The notes under the pieces: generated by a model
What the model was told of the DNA's origin: nothing
The model's input: the letters and a program-made list of their open reading frames with translations, nothing else
Databases searched by the model: none
Made by a program: the position numbers and the translations under genes
In this document: piece by piece, positions 1 through 13,179 of the stretch
Position numbering within the stretch: position 1 is the first letter of the stretch
Layout of the letters: the number at the start of each line of letters is the position of its first letter
DNA from: Phoronis australis
Taxonomy: Eukaryota; Animalia; Phoronida
DNA length: 64,000 nt
Assembly: GCA_002633005.1 (NCBI GenBank)
Contig: NMRA01000135.1
Location: forward strand, 590,183 to 654,182
Direction of reading: 5' to 3'

Positions 1-475
1 TCCACAGGCCCCATTTTGATAATGCCGCTCTATGTGGAAACAATGTCAGTGAAATGTGATCGAAGAATTACACATAAACCGACAAATTTGTTGTGCCAGT
101 AGCACCTTTGCAAAGCGGCGCCACCATATTGACTTTGCGCCTATGGGACCGTCGCCGCTTTTTGCGTGAGTTTGTCGGAAAGGAGAATTTTGAGTCCAGC
201 TTGAATAGTTTATTTCATAATTGTAGCTTTAATAATGAACCGTTTCGTTTAGTCAGTAATAGCAATCAAGCGGCGATTGAATCTCCTTACAGACAAGTTT
301 TATAACTAGGGCCTACAGTGTTATTGAAGGACTTCACAAATTCGTGAGCCTCAGCGCAGACGAAGAGCTATGAGCTCGGCTTGAGCGCTCGAGTCACATA
401 GCACAACTGTTCACGGCGAGACGGGCCAGTTCATAGAATTGATGTATTTTCACGCCTGAGCTGCTGATCTTACAC

Positions 476-643
476 ATGGGCGACACCGCACTGAAAAAAG
501 TGGGGGGCTAAAGTCTCCTCAGCCCCCTGTGGTGCATCGCCTATAGACCATGTGCGGCGCAGCACTGAAAAAAGTGGGGCTATAACCCCCCCCCCCCCCC
601 CCNACCCCCCCCCCCCCCAGCCCCCAATGGTGCACCGCCAATG
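476..643. mobile_element. Head-to-tail pair of short MITE-like units (CATGG(C/T)CGGCGCAGCACTGAAAAAAGTGGG...TGCRCCGCC.ATG)
   Basis: Two related units with self-complementary ends. The poly-C tract contains the N gap at 603. The same pair recurs at 11929-12049. Confidence 0.55.
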
Positions 644-2189
644 TTAAAACTCTCCGTCTGCGCTTTGCTTTAAGTTGTCCACTGACAGAAATGCAGCCTT
701 TTCCGCGGTTCCAACGAAGCTTTTGTTCGATAAAATACGCCAGTCGTCTGCTAGTGTAGTGTAGTAACTTGTTTCCACACGATGTGTTCTGACATAGCTT
801 ACACAGCAGCTGGGGATTATCGTAGTTTGGTGTTACTCAATAACGTGTGCGACAACTTGCGAAAAGGCTGCGATTACAACTGATGTGCACCAGGCTTCAA
901 TTTATGACCAACTAACTTCACAAAACGATTCTTTGGTAGATTTAAGGATAACTTAGTGACACGTCAAACAGCAAACCAGTGTGTCAAGTATTCGGGTAGA
1001 TATTATAGCCTACTGAGATGAAAGGTGGCAAATATTTTGATTTCCAAACGGAATAAACTGAATATCTGAAGTTTCTGACTAGAGCTTAGAATCTCCATCC
1101 AGAACGGTAAAATCAATCCGCCAAACAAAAGACTCAGGTCTTGAAATTATTTCAAGGACCTCATTTCTACGTTTCTCAGAATTTAAATCAAATGTTTACT
1201 AGCAAACTTTGTTAGGTGTCCATATCACTGGTGAGTAAAAAATACCATTTCGTCCACCTCATCGAATCTTTGTAAAAATGCACTCGTAATTCTGAATATA
1301 AATTACATTCTAGAAGAAAATGTGTTTCTGATAGGTCTAGCACTGACTTTCCACTTGTCCAGCAGGCATATTTCCTCTACTCTATCAAGACCACGAAATC
1401 TTCCCTCAGCTATCGATAAAGAATGTGTCAAACTTTTAATTCTTGCCAAGACTACTGTTACGTGGATTATTTTCCAAAAATGCTATATATTTTTCGTTAA
1501 TGCAATTACTTTTGACATCTGACGATAGACCGTAAAATGTACTGTTTTTTCCAATCCTAGATGGTCGCAGGTCCACTTATGAACTTGCCAACATCGCCTA
1601 CACTTGAGTCTTGTTGTACCCCAAAACTTCAAAATCTTACACAAATAACAATCGTTTGATATTTATAGGCAGGCAACAGCTACATGTACTTTGCTCCCAT
1701 TTCATGTTGCACATTGTGGCACATCCTCTTCCACAAGCTTCAAGATAGCGTTTATCGGTTTAGCCGGCTATGCGAATATCATTCAGAACAGAATTACTAA
1801 TAAAACCAAGTGGGAAAATTGTGGAATTTTGGTATCTTTTAATTGAAAATTCAATGATTGTGCTTCTTAACAGAATACAAGTTGTAGTTGCAGAAGTCAA
1901 CAGTAGTTGATGGCTACAGTATGCCTTTATGAAAATCGCACCCGTCAAACCATTGTTAATAAACCAATGTAACGCTAGTCACAGAAACTCTGTAACACCT
2001 TGCCTATCCTTAGAAAAAATCAATTCATTTTCTATGCATTTTGAAGTCTTTTTAGTCGTAACAAATGGAAAGTATTGATTTAACCCTATCATTTATTGTT
2101 TGAAGAGAATTGGATATAAAAGCTTATTATTTTAAATAAATTATTCTTATTAAAATGACGTAATCAAAAATTAATTTTCGAGCCTTAGA

Positions 2190-2515
2190 AGAGGGACCCC
2201 GCCCGAAAACCTCCAAGAGCGGGAGCGCCCTGTATTAATATAGAAAGCCTCGCTGTTCGGCCAGTTTCGGGTGGGATCGTCTATATTAATATATGGACTC
2301 CGTCCAAAATTAACCGAATTAAGAGCAGGGGCACACTATATTAATATAGAGGGCTCGCTTTTCACTCACCTTAAGATGATACTATCTATATTAATATAGG
2401 TGCCCATCAAAAAGCGACCGAAGAGCGGGCCCCTATAACAGCATAAGGACCTTCGCTTTTTATAGCAATATGATGAGCTTTTCCCCTTACATTAATACGA
2501 GGGTGCCGCTGTACC
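2190..2515 (-). repeat. Array of about 50-bp palindromic units (core CTATATTAATATAG), probably the subterminal region of a Tc1/pogo-like non-autonomous element
   Basis: Cores at 2230, 2281, 2336 and 2386, degenerate at about 2432, 2458 and 2486. The right end reads TACAGCGGCACCCTCG on the - strand, a TA|CAG-type terminus. Confidence 0.5.
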
Positions 2516-2599
2516 TTTAGAACACACCGCTCCAAGGCGACTACACTACCAAACCCTTTGCAGGATCTTTTTTAACAAGCGTATTCCCATGAACGTGAG

Positions 2600-2779
2600 A
2601 ACAGATCATGATAAGTTCTTTTGAAAAATAGACGGGTTTCTTTTAGTGTGACGACAAGCCCGTACCGTCCTTTCCATTTTCGGGTGGGTCGTACACATTC
2701 TGCACCACCTAGAGGATACTTTATAGTAATTAATGCCCTTAGAAGCACAAAGTTTGCTGTGCTTTGTGTTGCTCTTGTT
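2600..2779 (+). mobile_element. Partial HINE/Helentron-like non-autonomous element (3' end)
   Basis: Ends TGTGTTGCTCTTGTT, the reverse complement of AACAAGAGCAACACA that starts the element at 38957. It shares an internal GCACC.CCTAG.GG motif with that element. Confidence 0.45.
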
Positions 2780-2833
2780 ACACTTTTTGGTCAATCTGAA
2801 GGGCTCGCTGGTTCTCTGCGTTCCGCTAGGTGG

Positions 2834-3357
2834 TAGACAGCACGCAGGTATCACTTAATTTTCCTCGGGAATTTTTTTACACCGGCGTTTCTGATTGGCT
2901 GGTCGAATTCTCACCAGGCAGCGCTTTACGCAAACAAACTGGCATGACTGATGGAGGAAGTGTAAATGTGGTCAGTTATACAAATCGGTGCTTAAAATTT
3001 ATGTTCAGGATATGTGAATCCCAGAAATTGTGGTTGCGCCTTTTAGGAGTGCGTCTTTCTACTGTCGATGACTTTTGTTTTCGATACTGTCGAGTAGGCC
3101 TATTCATACAGTATGAATAACACACCGGTTAAATCGGTGTTTATTGTACACTTTGACGTACCGGTATGTGCTTCAAGCACGCGGCTATTATAACATTACT
3201 GCAGAAACGAAAGCATAGTTGCCACTAGCATGACAAGGCTAAAAATCGTTCATAGTCCGCCATATTTCACGTTGTTGTAAAGCTAAACAATGACTGCTGA
3301 GGTTACATCAACCAATGCTAAAGCGCGTGCTACTGCGTGATACCTGCGTGCTGGCTA
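2834..3357. mobile_element. MITE with 21-bp terminal inverted repeats (TAG(A/C)CAGCACGCAGGTATCAC)
   Basis: 2834-2854 and 3337-3357 are inverted repeats with one mismatch. The interior is non-coding. Confidence 0.7.
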
Positions 3358-3497
3358 GGCACGTCAGTGGGGTACCAGCGAGTCTGAAGGGTCACGAGCA
3401 CAAGAGTGCACGCGACGTGTTACGTTATGTTTCATTTAGAGGTTCCAGAGATATGGACATTTAGTATTTATGACGAGGACAAAATTATTCATAGTGA

Positions 3498-4065
3498 GAA
3501 GGGTCGTTCCGGATTACACAGCGGGGACAATCGAATTTCGCTGTATTTACCCACAATGCAACAATATCCTTCAAGCACTTTCGTAGACTGGCGTTTTCGT
3601 GTCAATGGAGGTCCGTCGTGTCCTTTGTTGCCGTCATATTCTTTCCACGTTTTTCTCGAGTGCATTACTCTATTCGTCCTTCCAGTGCCCACGAAGTATT
3701 GCTGCGCTGCGACAGGAGAAATTCGGACAAATTTGACAAATATCCGTGGATGCAGGATGTTAAAAGTTCGTCACCTTTCTCACATCAATCAAAGACAGAA
3801 ATGTGAAGCGCCGAGTAGATAAAGCATGTTCGTCCGGTCAATTTTTAACGGCACAGAACCCCCTTCTTAAACATTTTCAATTCCGGTTCTTTCAAACGGT
3901 TGAAATTAGTGAATATGATTTCCACGGCCATGCACCTCAACGGTTTTCGACATGACCTGCTTTAACTGTGCCTGACATTTCAAAACTAGGTCAATGAAAA
4001 TATTGAGGTTTCTTACCTCCGAGACAAAGAATAGCTATCGTTGTGTTATCCGGGACGGCCCTATT
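3498..4065 (-). mobile_element. MITE family with AATAGGG(T/C)CGTCCCGGATTACA TIRs, copy A
   Basis: TIRs at both ends. Both subterminal regions are homologous, in reverse orientation, to the copy at 7657-8024. Confidence 0.65.
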
Positions 4066-4799
4066 ATAAGTTATTTTGGTTGCCACTTTCCCTACTATGC
4101 CAGATTAAAAACTCACCTCGAACCTTTCGTTTGGGTAAAGGCTGGTGATTTTTGAACAAATAGGGCACATACTTGCCCAATTTTAACCGCTATATGTTCA
4201 TTTTTAGAGAAAATAGCAATCATGTACATGAGCCTCGGCTGACCTTGAATGACCTTACAAGTATTGAGCATCGATCCTGACTAATTCAACAACCAAGCAA
4301 ATTCTACCAGAAAATTCATGAGATATACTGCCTGTAATTTATGCTAATTTATTCATAATATTGTCCTTTATCAGGATCGAAAAAGCTCCTCCGGCATATT
4401 GACACACTGTACTTTCACGGCTTGCGCACACCTGCTCTGCTTTGTCTCTTATCTCCTGGACTAAACTATCAATGCACATTCGCAATAAAAGGCAAACAAT
4501 GTTTGATGTACACAGAAGTCACTGAAGTAACCTACTATGCTATCAGGGTTCGATCTCCGCCCAGCATTCTCCGCCTTGATGACGACCGCCTGGACTGCCA
4601 AAAGCACAATTCATCCTGTCCACACTCAACTATACAACCCGGCGAGACTTTCTAAAGTTACCCCTGTATTTGCTTCATGTTTCGGAATTGGAGCCGACAA
4701 CTCGTTTATCTTTGAGTAACAATCAATTAAAGCGTTCACACAATGAATTTTTGCATTTTTTGAGATTTCACATTTTTTTAAATATGAGCACAACTCCGG

Positions 4800-4978
4800 A
4801 AATCGCTTTCGCATTATATCCAGGTTCTGGTTCACACCGTGGCATACATTCACCAGTAAGACGAAGCTCAGATGAGTAGGAGACTCCTTTGTGCAATGCT
4901 CGATTGTCAGCCAGTAAAGCCAGGATTTGAACCCGGGAGTCCGGAGCTCAAACCACTAAGCCCGGCACACTGTCTCCT
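4800..4978 (-). mobile_element. Degenerate tRNA-derived SINE
   Basis: The - strand begins GGAGACAGTGTG..GCTTAGTGG (A-box-like) and contains GGTTCAAATCC (B box). No complete cloverleaf. Confidence 0.5.
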
Positions 4979-5429
4979 CCTTAGTTCGTGTATATTAATT
5001 CTGTAACATGAAATCTAAATAAAGAAGCACTTATTACGGGGAATAATTGAGTAATTTTGAATTTTAAGGAAAAAAATAATGCTTTGTTGGTTTCCCTCCA
5101 CGTGATGCCATCAGTGGAAGACGTTGATCAGTTTACAGCATAGTATGCAATGGCGGATAGTTACTGTATAAGTTACGAAGACTTAGAGAACGAGTTTGAC
5201 GAGTAGTTCTTAGATGGGGATGAAGACGACACTCAGGCCATTGGTGAAACAGACAATAAGTTAGACATCGCCATATCGGCAGACTTTCTGTATTTGAGGC
5301 CATACGAACTCCGGCGACCCTCACGCACCAGCGTCTTCGGCGAGTGAAGGCGAGCCGGAGCCTACCAAGTCCGGTGCGGACAGTCTTGATTTCAGTGCTG
5401 ACATTTCTGAGTCGTAATTATAACCTTTC

Positions 5430-5683
5430 ATCGGCGCCCCTCCCCTTTGCCTGCCGCAAAAAATAATAAAACAGCAATAGTGTAGGGAAATGTTGAGTTT
5501 ATTAATAAACCCCAGTAGTTAACATTATACGGCTGAAACAAGATTTAAATGTGTGCAGTTTTAGTGTGTTTGGGCGGGAGGGGGGCTTGCCCCCCTCCAG
5601 ACCTCCCCCCATTCGGTGCTTTGCGCAAATGTTTACAGACAAAATGTTGGGCCCCCCATTGTGATATCCTAGATCCGCCACTG
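5430..5683 (-). mobile_element. Short hAT-like non-autonomous element (terminus CAGTGGCGGATCTAGG)
   Basis: Reverse-complement match to 13005-13130 plus 14075-14238. Confidence 0.6.
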
Positions 5684-5889
5684 GATAGCATGCATTTCCA
5701 CAAATTCTCGAACAAGAATAGACTGACGGAAATTTTCTTACTATAATCAAATTCATTATCTCAGTCACAATTTGATGTTGAGGTTAGTCAACAACGTGGT
5801 TGACAACCACTTTCCAGTAAGGTACAATACAATACATCGTTTTTGTCCATCAACACTGAACGAATGCACTCACAGGTTGGAGAAACCAT

Positions 5890-6125
5890 CAAATTTCCGT
5901 TTCTGCGACGAGTCGAAGCAAGATTCTTCAAAATGGGCTGAGCACAGCGTGACTCTGAACCAGTTGGTTGCTCCGCCGTGTACTGCCAATTTTTTACTAT
6001 TTATCCGAGTTCAAATGTGTTTAGCGTTGATGCTTGCACGTGCCGCAGCATTGTCAAGAAGGCGCTTAATATTGCTATCCGATGGACCGTTGCCTAGCTG
6101 CAGTAAAACAAAAGTGGTGATGTTT
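5890..6125 (-). pseudogene. Decayed THAP DNA-binding domain (P-element/Kolobok-type transposon remnant)
   Basis: The - strand encodes ...WFRVTLCSAHFEESCFD (LCSAHFEESCF at 5915-5947), the THAP LCSxHFxxxCF signature. The upstream part is broken by stops and frameshifts. Confidence 0.6.
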
Positions 6126-6549
6126 ACCTGGAAGCGGAAGTGGAATGTAAAACCATAAGCTCTATGGTACACTCTTTCAGTGCTACGAAAGGTAGCCTTG
6201 CCGAATGTTGTTTAATGTATCTTTTTATTGGTTAAAGTAATGAAACCGACGTCATAACATACATTCATTCCCATTGGTTGAAATCTAGGAAACCTCTTTC
6301 AGTTTACTGTTGCGTAGTATGGCAACCACCTTGCAATTGACCGAAGTAATCAAAATCAAGCCAACCCCGATCCAGTGGCTTAAGCCCAAACAAGTACAGT
6401 GTAAAGGCATGTGCAGGTGTTGGTGATGTGATCGGTATAGTTCCGACCAAGGCATGCGCTTTGATGCCCAAACACGGAATTCCGTGTGTCGTTCATCATG
6501 TTTTCCACAGGGCCACTATTGAGTATAGAAAGCGCTTTGTCAGAGGGTA

Positions 6550-6685
6550 GCTCTATAGTGCTGAAATCCCACTCCTGAGAAAAAGTCACCTACTTAGGTG
6601 TTACTCTCCACCATCGCCTTTCTTGGACACCTCACGTGATGAACAAGCTGCCCAAGGCCAAGTGGGTCCTGGTAAGGTCGCGATG
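6550..6685 (+). mobile_element. Non-LTR retrotransposon (LINE) reverse-transcriptase C-terminal fragment
   Basis: Translates EKVTYLGVTLHHRLSWTPHVMNKLPKAKWVL, matching the YLGVxLDxxLxWxxH motif at the end of LINE RT domains. Confidence 0.65.
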
Positions 6686-7656
6686 TAGCCGAATGGTGAG
6701 TAAAACTTGGTGTTATCTGACCGATGTTAGCTCAGTTATGAGGCATCATTATGGATAACATCTCTTGAACATGCCCCCCCCCCCTAAAATATCCTAGATT
6801 CCATTTGAAATTTTGGGGGTGCGAATGCCTGAGGGGCAAAATCCTGGCTAATAGTTTTGCTTGCCCCCCCAACTCAAAATCCTGGATCCACCCTCACTAA
6901 TTTTTGGTTTGTGAAGAAATGGGTTAACTTTGCTGTTTACCGTTTATGTAAAGTCCTAACTGTCACTATTAGCTATTCACAGTATATTTCAAAGCTGCAC
7001 AATGTCTGCCCATTTTTATTTAATATCAGAATATCCTCATCTGCAAATTTCGCATCGGTAGTTCAAGTAATTAGTTCATCACATCTTTGTAAATGTTATT
7101 GCATCCTGCACTTTTGTTGAAGAATGTAGTTGTACCAAACGGCACCAAAGGTCCAATTAATATATAAAGATGCACAGTTTTGGATGAATGCCTGACTAAA
7201 TTCTTCTTAGGAACGTTTAAGGATCCAAATCTCAAATCGTTGTCTTTATTTTGTAGCAATCTCTTGAATCATTGAAGCCATTTCCCTGTTGGTTTAATTC
7301 GTTATTTATACGAATGTTTACCTCTCTGATCCATTTCCTTTTCATGTTACTTAATATATCCTCAATTAATTGACATTACAAATTGACTAATTAATCAATT
7401 AATCAACCAATGAATACATGAAAGGCTTCATTATCACATTACTTGTTATTTTTGGCATTTTTGTAATACACTTGATTTTTAGTATTTCTTGGATAAAGTT
7501 TAATTCCTTTTTAGTTTTCAGGCATTATTGCAAAATTCAGGTGAACATTCCAAGTACACGGGCGTCATTATATCGAACCCTGCAGTAGTGTTAGCTAGTA
7601 CTCTCGCTCATTATGAGGATGCAGGGGGTGACGTCACCCAGTGGAGGCGGTCCATT

Positions 7657-8024
7657 AATAGGGTCGTCCCGGATTACATGGCTATAGAACTCTCCTTTGT
7701 CCCGGAGTTAAGAAACTGCGTGACCTAGTTTTGGAAACCAGGCACATTTTCATGTCTCCCATTGATATAGGAGTCGGGTATCTGTCCAGTTTATTCAACT
7801 TTTTCACGTCGGAGTTACAGGCAGTGACATTTTGTTGATATTGGAAGGACGAATAAAGTAATGCAACCCTAGAAAAAGTTGTAAAGAATCAGAAACAACA
7901 AATAACATGTGAAACTCCAGTAGCACGAAAACGAGGCAGCAAATGAGCCTGTCGGATGTTTGCAGCATTGTGAGTAAATACAGATAGATTCGAGTGTCAC
8001 TGTGTAATCCAGGACGGACTTATT
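7657..8024 (+). mobile_element. MITE family with AATAGGGTCGTCCCGGATTACA TIRs, copy B
   Basis: Left TIR 7657-7678 and right TIR 8003-8024 (imperfect). Homologous to 3498-4065. Confidence 0.65.
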
Positions 8025-11000
8025 TTGTTTTACTTACTGGTCCTCTTGTTTTGCATTTTGTGAAACATGCTTGCCATTCGTTGTAAAATCTCAGTAAACA
8101 ACCATCGTCTGACAATGCCTGTTTTCTGAGAAATTCCGCACATACAAAACCATGTTGAAAGCCCTTGAAATGGGCGAGACTTGACTTTAATGCTCGACAC
8201 ATAATAATTTTAACGCCCAATAAATTGTTAGAATTTCATCCATTGCATGTAGCATTTCCGTCCTCTTACTAGTTTCATTTCATTATTCCATGAACAGAAA
8301 ATAGTGTTGGATTACAGTGGATTATACTACATTTTCGAAATTTAATGCCATATGAAGTCTTTCGCTTTCAACGTGGTTTTTATATTGTACCTTCAAAAAA
8401 GTTACAAATACAAAATTGTGGGAAAATTACTATTCAATGAGGGGCAAGGTTGTGAAATAACAGTGGCATCTGTCAGCTGAACAACATATCAAATGCAAAA
8501 CCAAAAGATCTTTTGTTTTACTACTTTATTGATTGAATCTTAATTCAACAACTTCCAAACGTGAATTCAGAATGTTGAAATCCTTGGAGTACTCATTTGT
8601 AGGGCTCCTCGTCCACACTACCGTGACCATGATGAAAATTCTGTTCCATCAGCTAGTGGCCAGCGTAATGAAGATATGCCCTTGAGCAATCAAGTTTCTT
8701 ACCACAAAGCATTAATGTCCTGATTGCCGTCATAATTCACTAATTGAAGTAAACGAAACTGTTTCATCCCCCACGCAGGAACTGGATATCAGATAGATGA
8801 CACCATCCCGGCAATTTGCTAAATCGTTTTACGCTGGTAGAACAGTTTGTAGAGTAAAGAACCCAAACTGTTTGACCTAAGCTTTCTATTTTCATGAAAT
8901 GTGCCACCAGTCCGACTGCCAGTCGAAGCCGGGTGATCGGTAATTGTAATAACTTGCTATTCGAATCAAAAAATTATCCCAATCTTTTCTTGATCAACGA
9001 AGTGATAATGTTTGCGAGATGTTCTTAGGTATCAGTAAGCCTAAATTTAGGTCTGACATCAGTTTAACGTCTATAGAGAGGGTGCACAATGTGTGCGAGT
9101 GTTACTCTTATGGAAAATATCTTTTTTAAGTAAATTATGCAAATGTTATCTTGACGATGATGGCTTCTAAATCGGCGAAAATGGAGAAATCTCGGGCATG
9201 CGCAAAAAAGAAACAGCAACCAGGAAGTGAAGGATAAGAGAGTGAGAAAATCGGGCGTGCTTCGAGCATGTGACTCGACTTCCTTCCTGGACTGTTTCGA
9301 TGGACTCGTGAAGTTCCGTTATTGTGTTACTCTGTGGCAAGTTTCAAACGTCTTCTCACAGTCATTGTGATTTGATGTTAAGATCGAAAATTCAAAACGC
9401 TACCCTCGAAACTGATGGAAACCCCGAGGTGATGCACTCTCGAGTTCAGTCTCCTGCGAGCACAGTGATATAGCTCATTGACGCGACACAACAAAAGGCT
9501 TGGGACGAAGTTTTTTTACTTTGTCGTAGATTGAGAAAATTTCCGTGCCAATTATCTGACAGTCGTTTATGGAACACTGCCGAATACTTCGCGAAAGTGC
9601 GGAATCAAAGGCCTTGATTTTAACGAAATTGTCCAACGAACATTGGCGATTTGGCGACAAAAACACATCAGATTAAGTTGTTTTATAGCTTTGGTCAAAG
9701 CTTATTAATTCAAGAAGTCAAATCCACCCAGCAATAATCCCCAAAATGCATTCCTTTACCAGTACTGGTGGATGTGAACTACAAAGCCCGGCACTTTGCA
9801 AGAGAAACTGCGAGATGTCGGTCGGGTGCACGAAGGCAGTTCAGTTCAGGTACTGTGCTATCGGGTGCGTCTTAAAACCAGTTATATAACCTGACTGTTT
9901 TAAAAGGAAGAATGTATTCTTTACTCTGAAATCGGGTGTCATTTTTCTAGTTATATATTTTTAATTCATGGAGAAAACCATGCAAACCTATACCTCATTT
10001 TTGCGACTTTTTGATTTTGAAGATTTTAGTGTATGAAGAATTGTGTCGGCGTACTTACGAATTTTATTCACATTTTGTAATCTAGATCTTTTTAAACTCT
10101 ACAATTTGAAATCGTGTTATAGCGTTTCAAAAAGCCCTGATCCTTCCATCTCGGTTGAGGTAAAAGCTGAGACTAGCCGAGGCGCAGTCTCTTTCATATA
10201 TTCACCTCAGAAGAAATAAAATGCCTTGTTCAGATAAGTTGAGTACAATTAGTTTAACAATAGTTCACGGCTTTCTGACGCTGATTAATGGGCCATAGTT
10301 AAGAGGGGTACGCGTACCCCAATGGATCGCGCGCGGGATACGGTAGTAAAACTGATAATGTACATTAATAATTTATTAATATTAGAGGCGGTAGCGAAAA
10401 TTCTACATTAGAGTCTTCGTAATGTTTCACGATTTTGTTTTGTTGAATATTTAGCTGCTGGATATTTGGTCTATACATACACCTCCCACCTGAAGTGAGG
10501 GTCGCGGGACCTGAATCGAATCCAAAACTTCATGTGAAACACCTGCTATGTTGCAAGGTGACCCCGGCCATTGAACCGTGTGGTAAAGTGGTGAGAGTGA
10601 CTGGACAAAGTTGTCAAATGTCATTGCGTGAAACTTACCGCAACGAGCCGGAGTTTTCTATCTATTTTGTCAGAATAACCACGACACCGCTTTCTTAGCA
10701 ATAGAAGCACGCTTTGCACCTTAGTTTAGTTGTAGTGTTTATAATTGATTCGTTTAATGGTCTCATTTTATTTATACGGTTTGGCGATGGATAGTTACTT
10801 CGAATTATTTCGTGATGTAGTGTTTTATCAATTCGTTAAGTATTCTGTTTTTTAATTCATTCATGTGTTGTTTTTTAAATATTCATTTAATCGTCATTTA
10901 ATCGTCATTTAATTGCCGTGCTTAATTGTTGGGAAAAAGTGTTGGCCATGCGAAGAATAATCGAACTGCCATTTTTGAGGTAGAATTTTTGATTTTACCG

Positions 11001-11928
11001 TGACGACAGTACGGCGCTTGCGTTGTCTGTCAAAATCCTTGCGTACAAGGTTAGTTTCGAAGTTTGTTGCCAATTTCTATCAATTGACTGTGTTAAAGGT
11101 GACTGCTATTGACTTTGTGAAGAACAAATAGGTTTCATGTGCATAAAAAGTCAATAAATTTAGACCTTTATTCTGGGATGGCGTTCATTCAGAGAGACAA
11201 ACAAACTTCAAGTAGATGAATGGAAATCATTTGCTAATTTTAGTTTTGAGGAAAAATTTTCGTATTCCTAAACTTTCAGTGTGCGTACCCAGTCAGTAAT
11301 AAAGTAGCTACATATAGGAACCTACGCGTAGCATGTGATATCGTACGTCGAATGATCATTGATTAGAATGACTATGCGTAGAGTAGGTGCATTTTACACG
11401 TAGAACTAAAACTGCATGAGAACCTATTAATTGGCGCTTCATAAATAACTAGTACGTGGTCGTTGACGATGATGAAGAACGAATCCGCTCAATTGACAAG
11501 TAGGCGATGAGGAGTCTAGTTCTGAGTATACGTCTAGACGTACTTGTAGCCTACACGTAGACATACACTTGTATTTACTTTGAAATCTTAAGCACTTACG
11601 TTGGTTTTTCAGTTCATTGGAAACTGTTGTAGGCCTAATCATCATTGGTTCTATTAGGAAAAATAAGTAAGTGATTAAATTATAATCAAACGTTTCCCTC
11701 AAACACTAGTAAACTTGTTCTCAACATAGGATGTACTGTATTGTTCATGGTACTCATACTAGTTTTAGTTTAGGGTGGGGCCCTTTTCGGTTTCTGACGA
11801 AACATTTCCGGGGCGTAATTTTTCTGCCATGGTCTTCCTGGTCATACACGGTGCTCAGTGGCACACTATTGCTCATTCTGGATCAATTTCGACTAATTTG
11901 ATCTAAGCTACTATTGTACTATACTAGG

Positions 11929-12049
11929 CATGGTCGGCGCAGCACTGTAAAGAGTGGGGGAGGAGGGCTGCACCGCCCAAAGACCATGGCCGGTGCAGCA
12001 CTGAAAAAAGTGGGACTATAGCCCCTAGATCCCATGGTGCGCCGGCATG
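11929..12049. mobile_element. Second head-to-tail pair of the CATGG..GCAGCACTGAAAAAAGTGGG MITE-like unit
   Basis: Same unit pair and same AGAC junction as 476-643. Confidence 0.55.
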
Positions 12050-13179
12050 TTTGGGAGGGGGTTCAGTGAAAACTTAATTCTGGCGGCCCCACCTTAGAGT
12101 GTATTTTGTCTGGCATAGGCCGATTGATCATTCAATGGCCATGTCATAATGATGTGATACTATACTGAGTTTGTGTTCCTTGGTTGCCGCGTCAGTAAGT
12201 TCTTGGAGACCTTTCTGCATGGCTGATCTGGTGGTACCTTTCCAGATTCCAATATACAGGGTCATCTGAGGTACTCTTCCGTCCGTGTGATTGTTAATTT
12301 CAAATCGATTATCTAATCAAGCCAGTGATCGGATTTTGACTTCTTAGTTGGGTGCATGCCGGGCTCGATCTAAGGGACCACGCAGCCTGAGTGGGCCTAC
12401 ACTCACATTCAATTCCTCAGAGTGCAAATGGAGTACCGGCACTTTAAAATCAGGTTCAGGCCTTGCCTCACGGGTTCACCTATCGATACTTATATGCTCA
12501 AAAGTTACCGTAATTCTTTCGGCTGCCCGCTTCGAGGCAAATGCACTGGCCGGGTTGAATTGATATGACTTTATCGATCAGCACTGAACTAAATCTGCAC
12601 GTACGGTACCGGTACATCATACTAAACCAGCCAAGTGAACTGCCTGAAGCCTGGCGGACTCGGATCTGTCTTAGGTCACGTGCCGCCATGCCTTTTTGAT
12701 AAAATATAGTAAAAAGAAAAGTAAAAATCCGGACGGCCTGAGCAAATGTTCCGAAGATGAAATCTCCGCTAAACGGCTGTTACTAAATAATCGCGTTTTC
12801 AGGCAGCTTTGACTTTTTCGTAGAAATGATAAAAGACCTATTGTTTAAAAAGAATCGTTTTGAAGAACACGAGTGCAAATTCTCTCTTGACTGCGGGGGT
12901 TTCCGGCAGTCTGCGCTGCGGCAGTGACAGCATAAAATATGGTAAATGTGCAAGACTAGAAAATTTCAACAGTCCACATACTTTAAGCATAAAATAGCAA
13001 TCCACAGTGGCGGATCTAGGATATCACAAGGGGGGGGCGGGGGGCAACATTTTGTCCGGCTGTAAGCATTTGCGCAAACTGAACCACGATTGTAGGTGCG
13101 CATAGCACCGAATGGGGGGAGGTCAGGAAATTTTTCTGTTTTTACCTCTAAAAATCAAGCATTTTCCTTGATTCCTGAA

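Noticed and set aside
2190-2515. CRISPR array
   Set aside because: Eukaryotic context, no cas genes, repeats degenerate and fully palindromic, with a transposon-like terminus adjacent.
7943-7969. Candidate TSG101 exon 1 (MSLSDVCSI|gtgagt, phase 0)
   Set aside because: It lies inside the MITE 7657-8024, and the same subterminal sequence recurs in the copy at 3498-4065. The peptide is unlike TSG101 N-termini.
8560-8900. Possible C-terminal half of a Harbinger transposase on the - strand
   Set aside because: Only faint resemblance across multiple stops; cannot be supported by eye.
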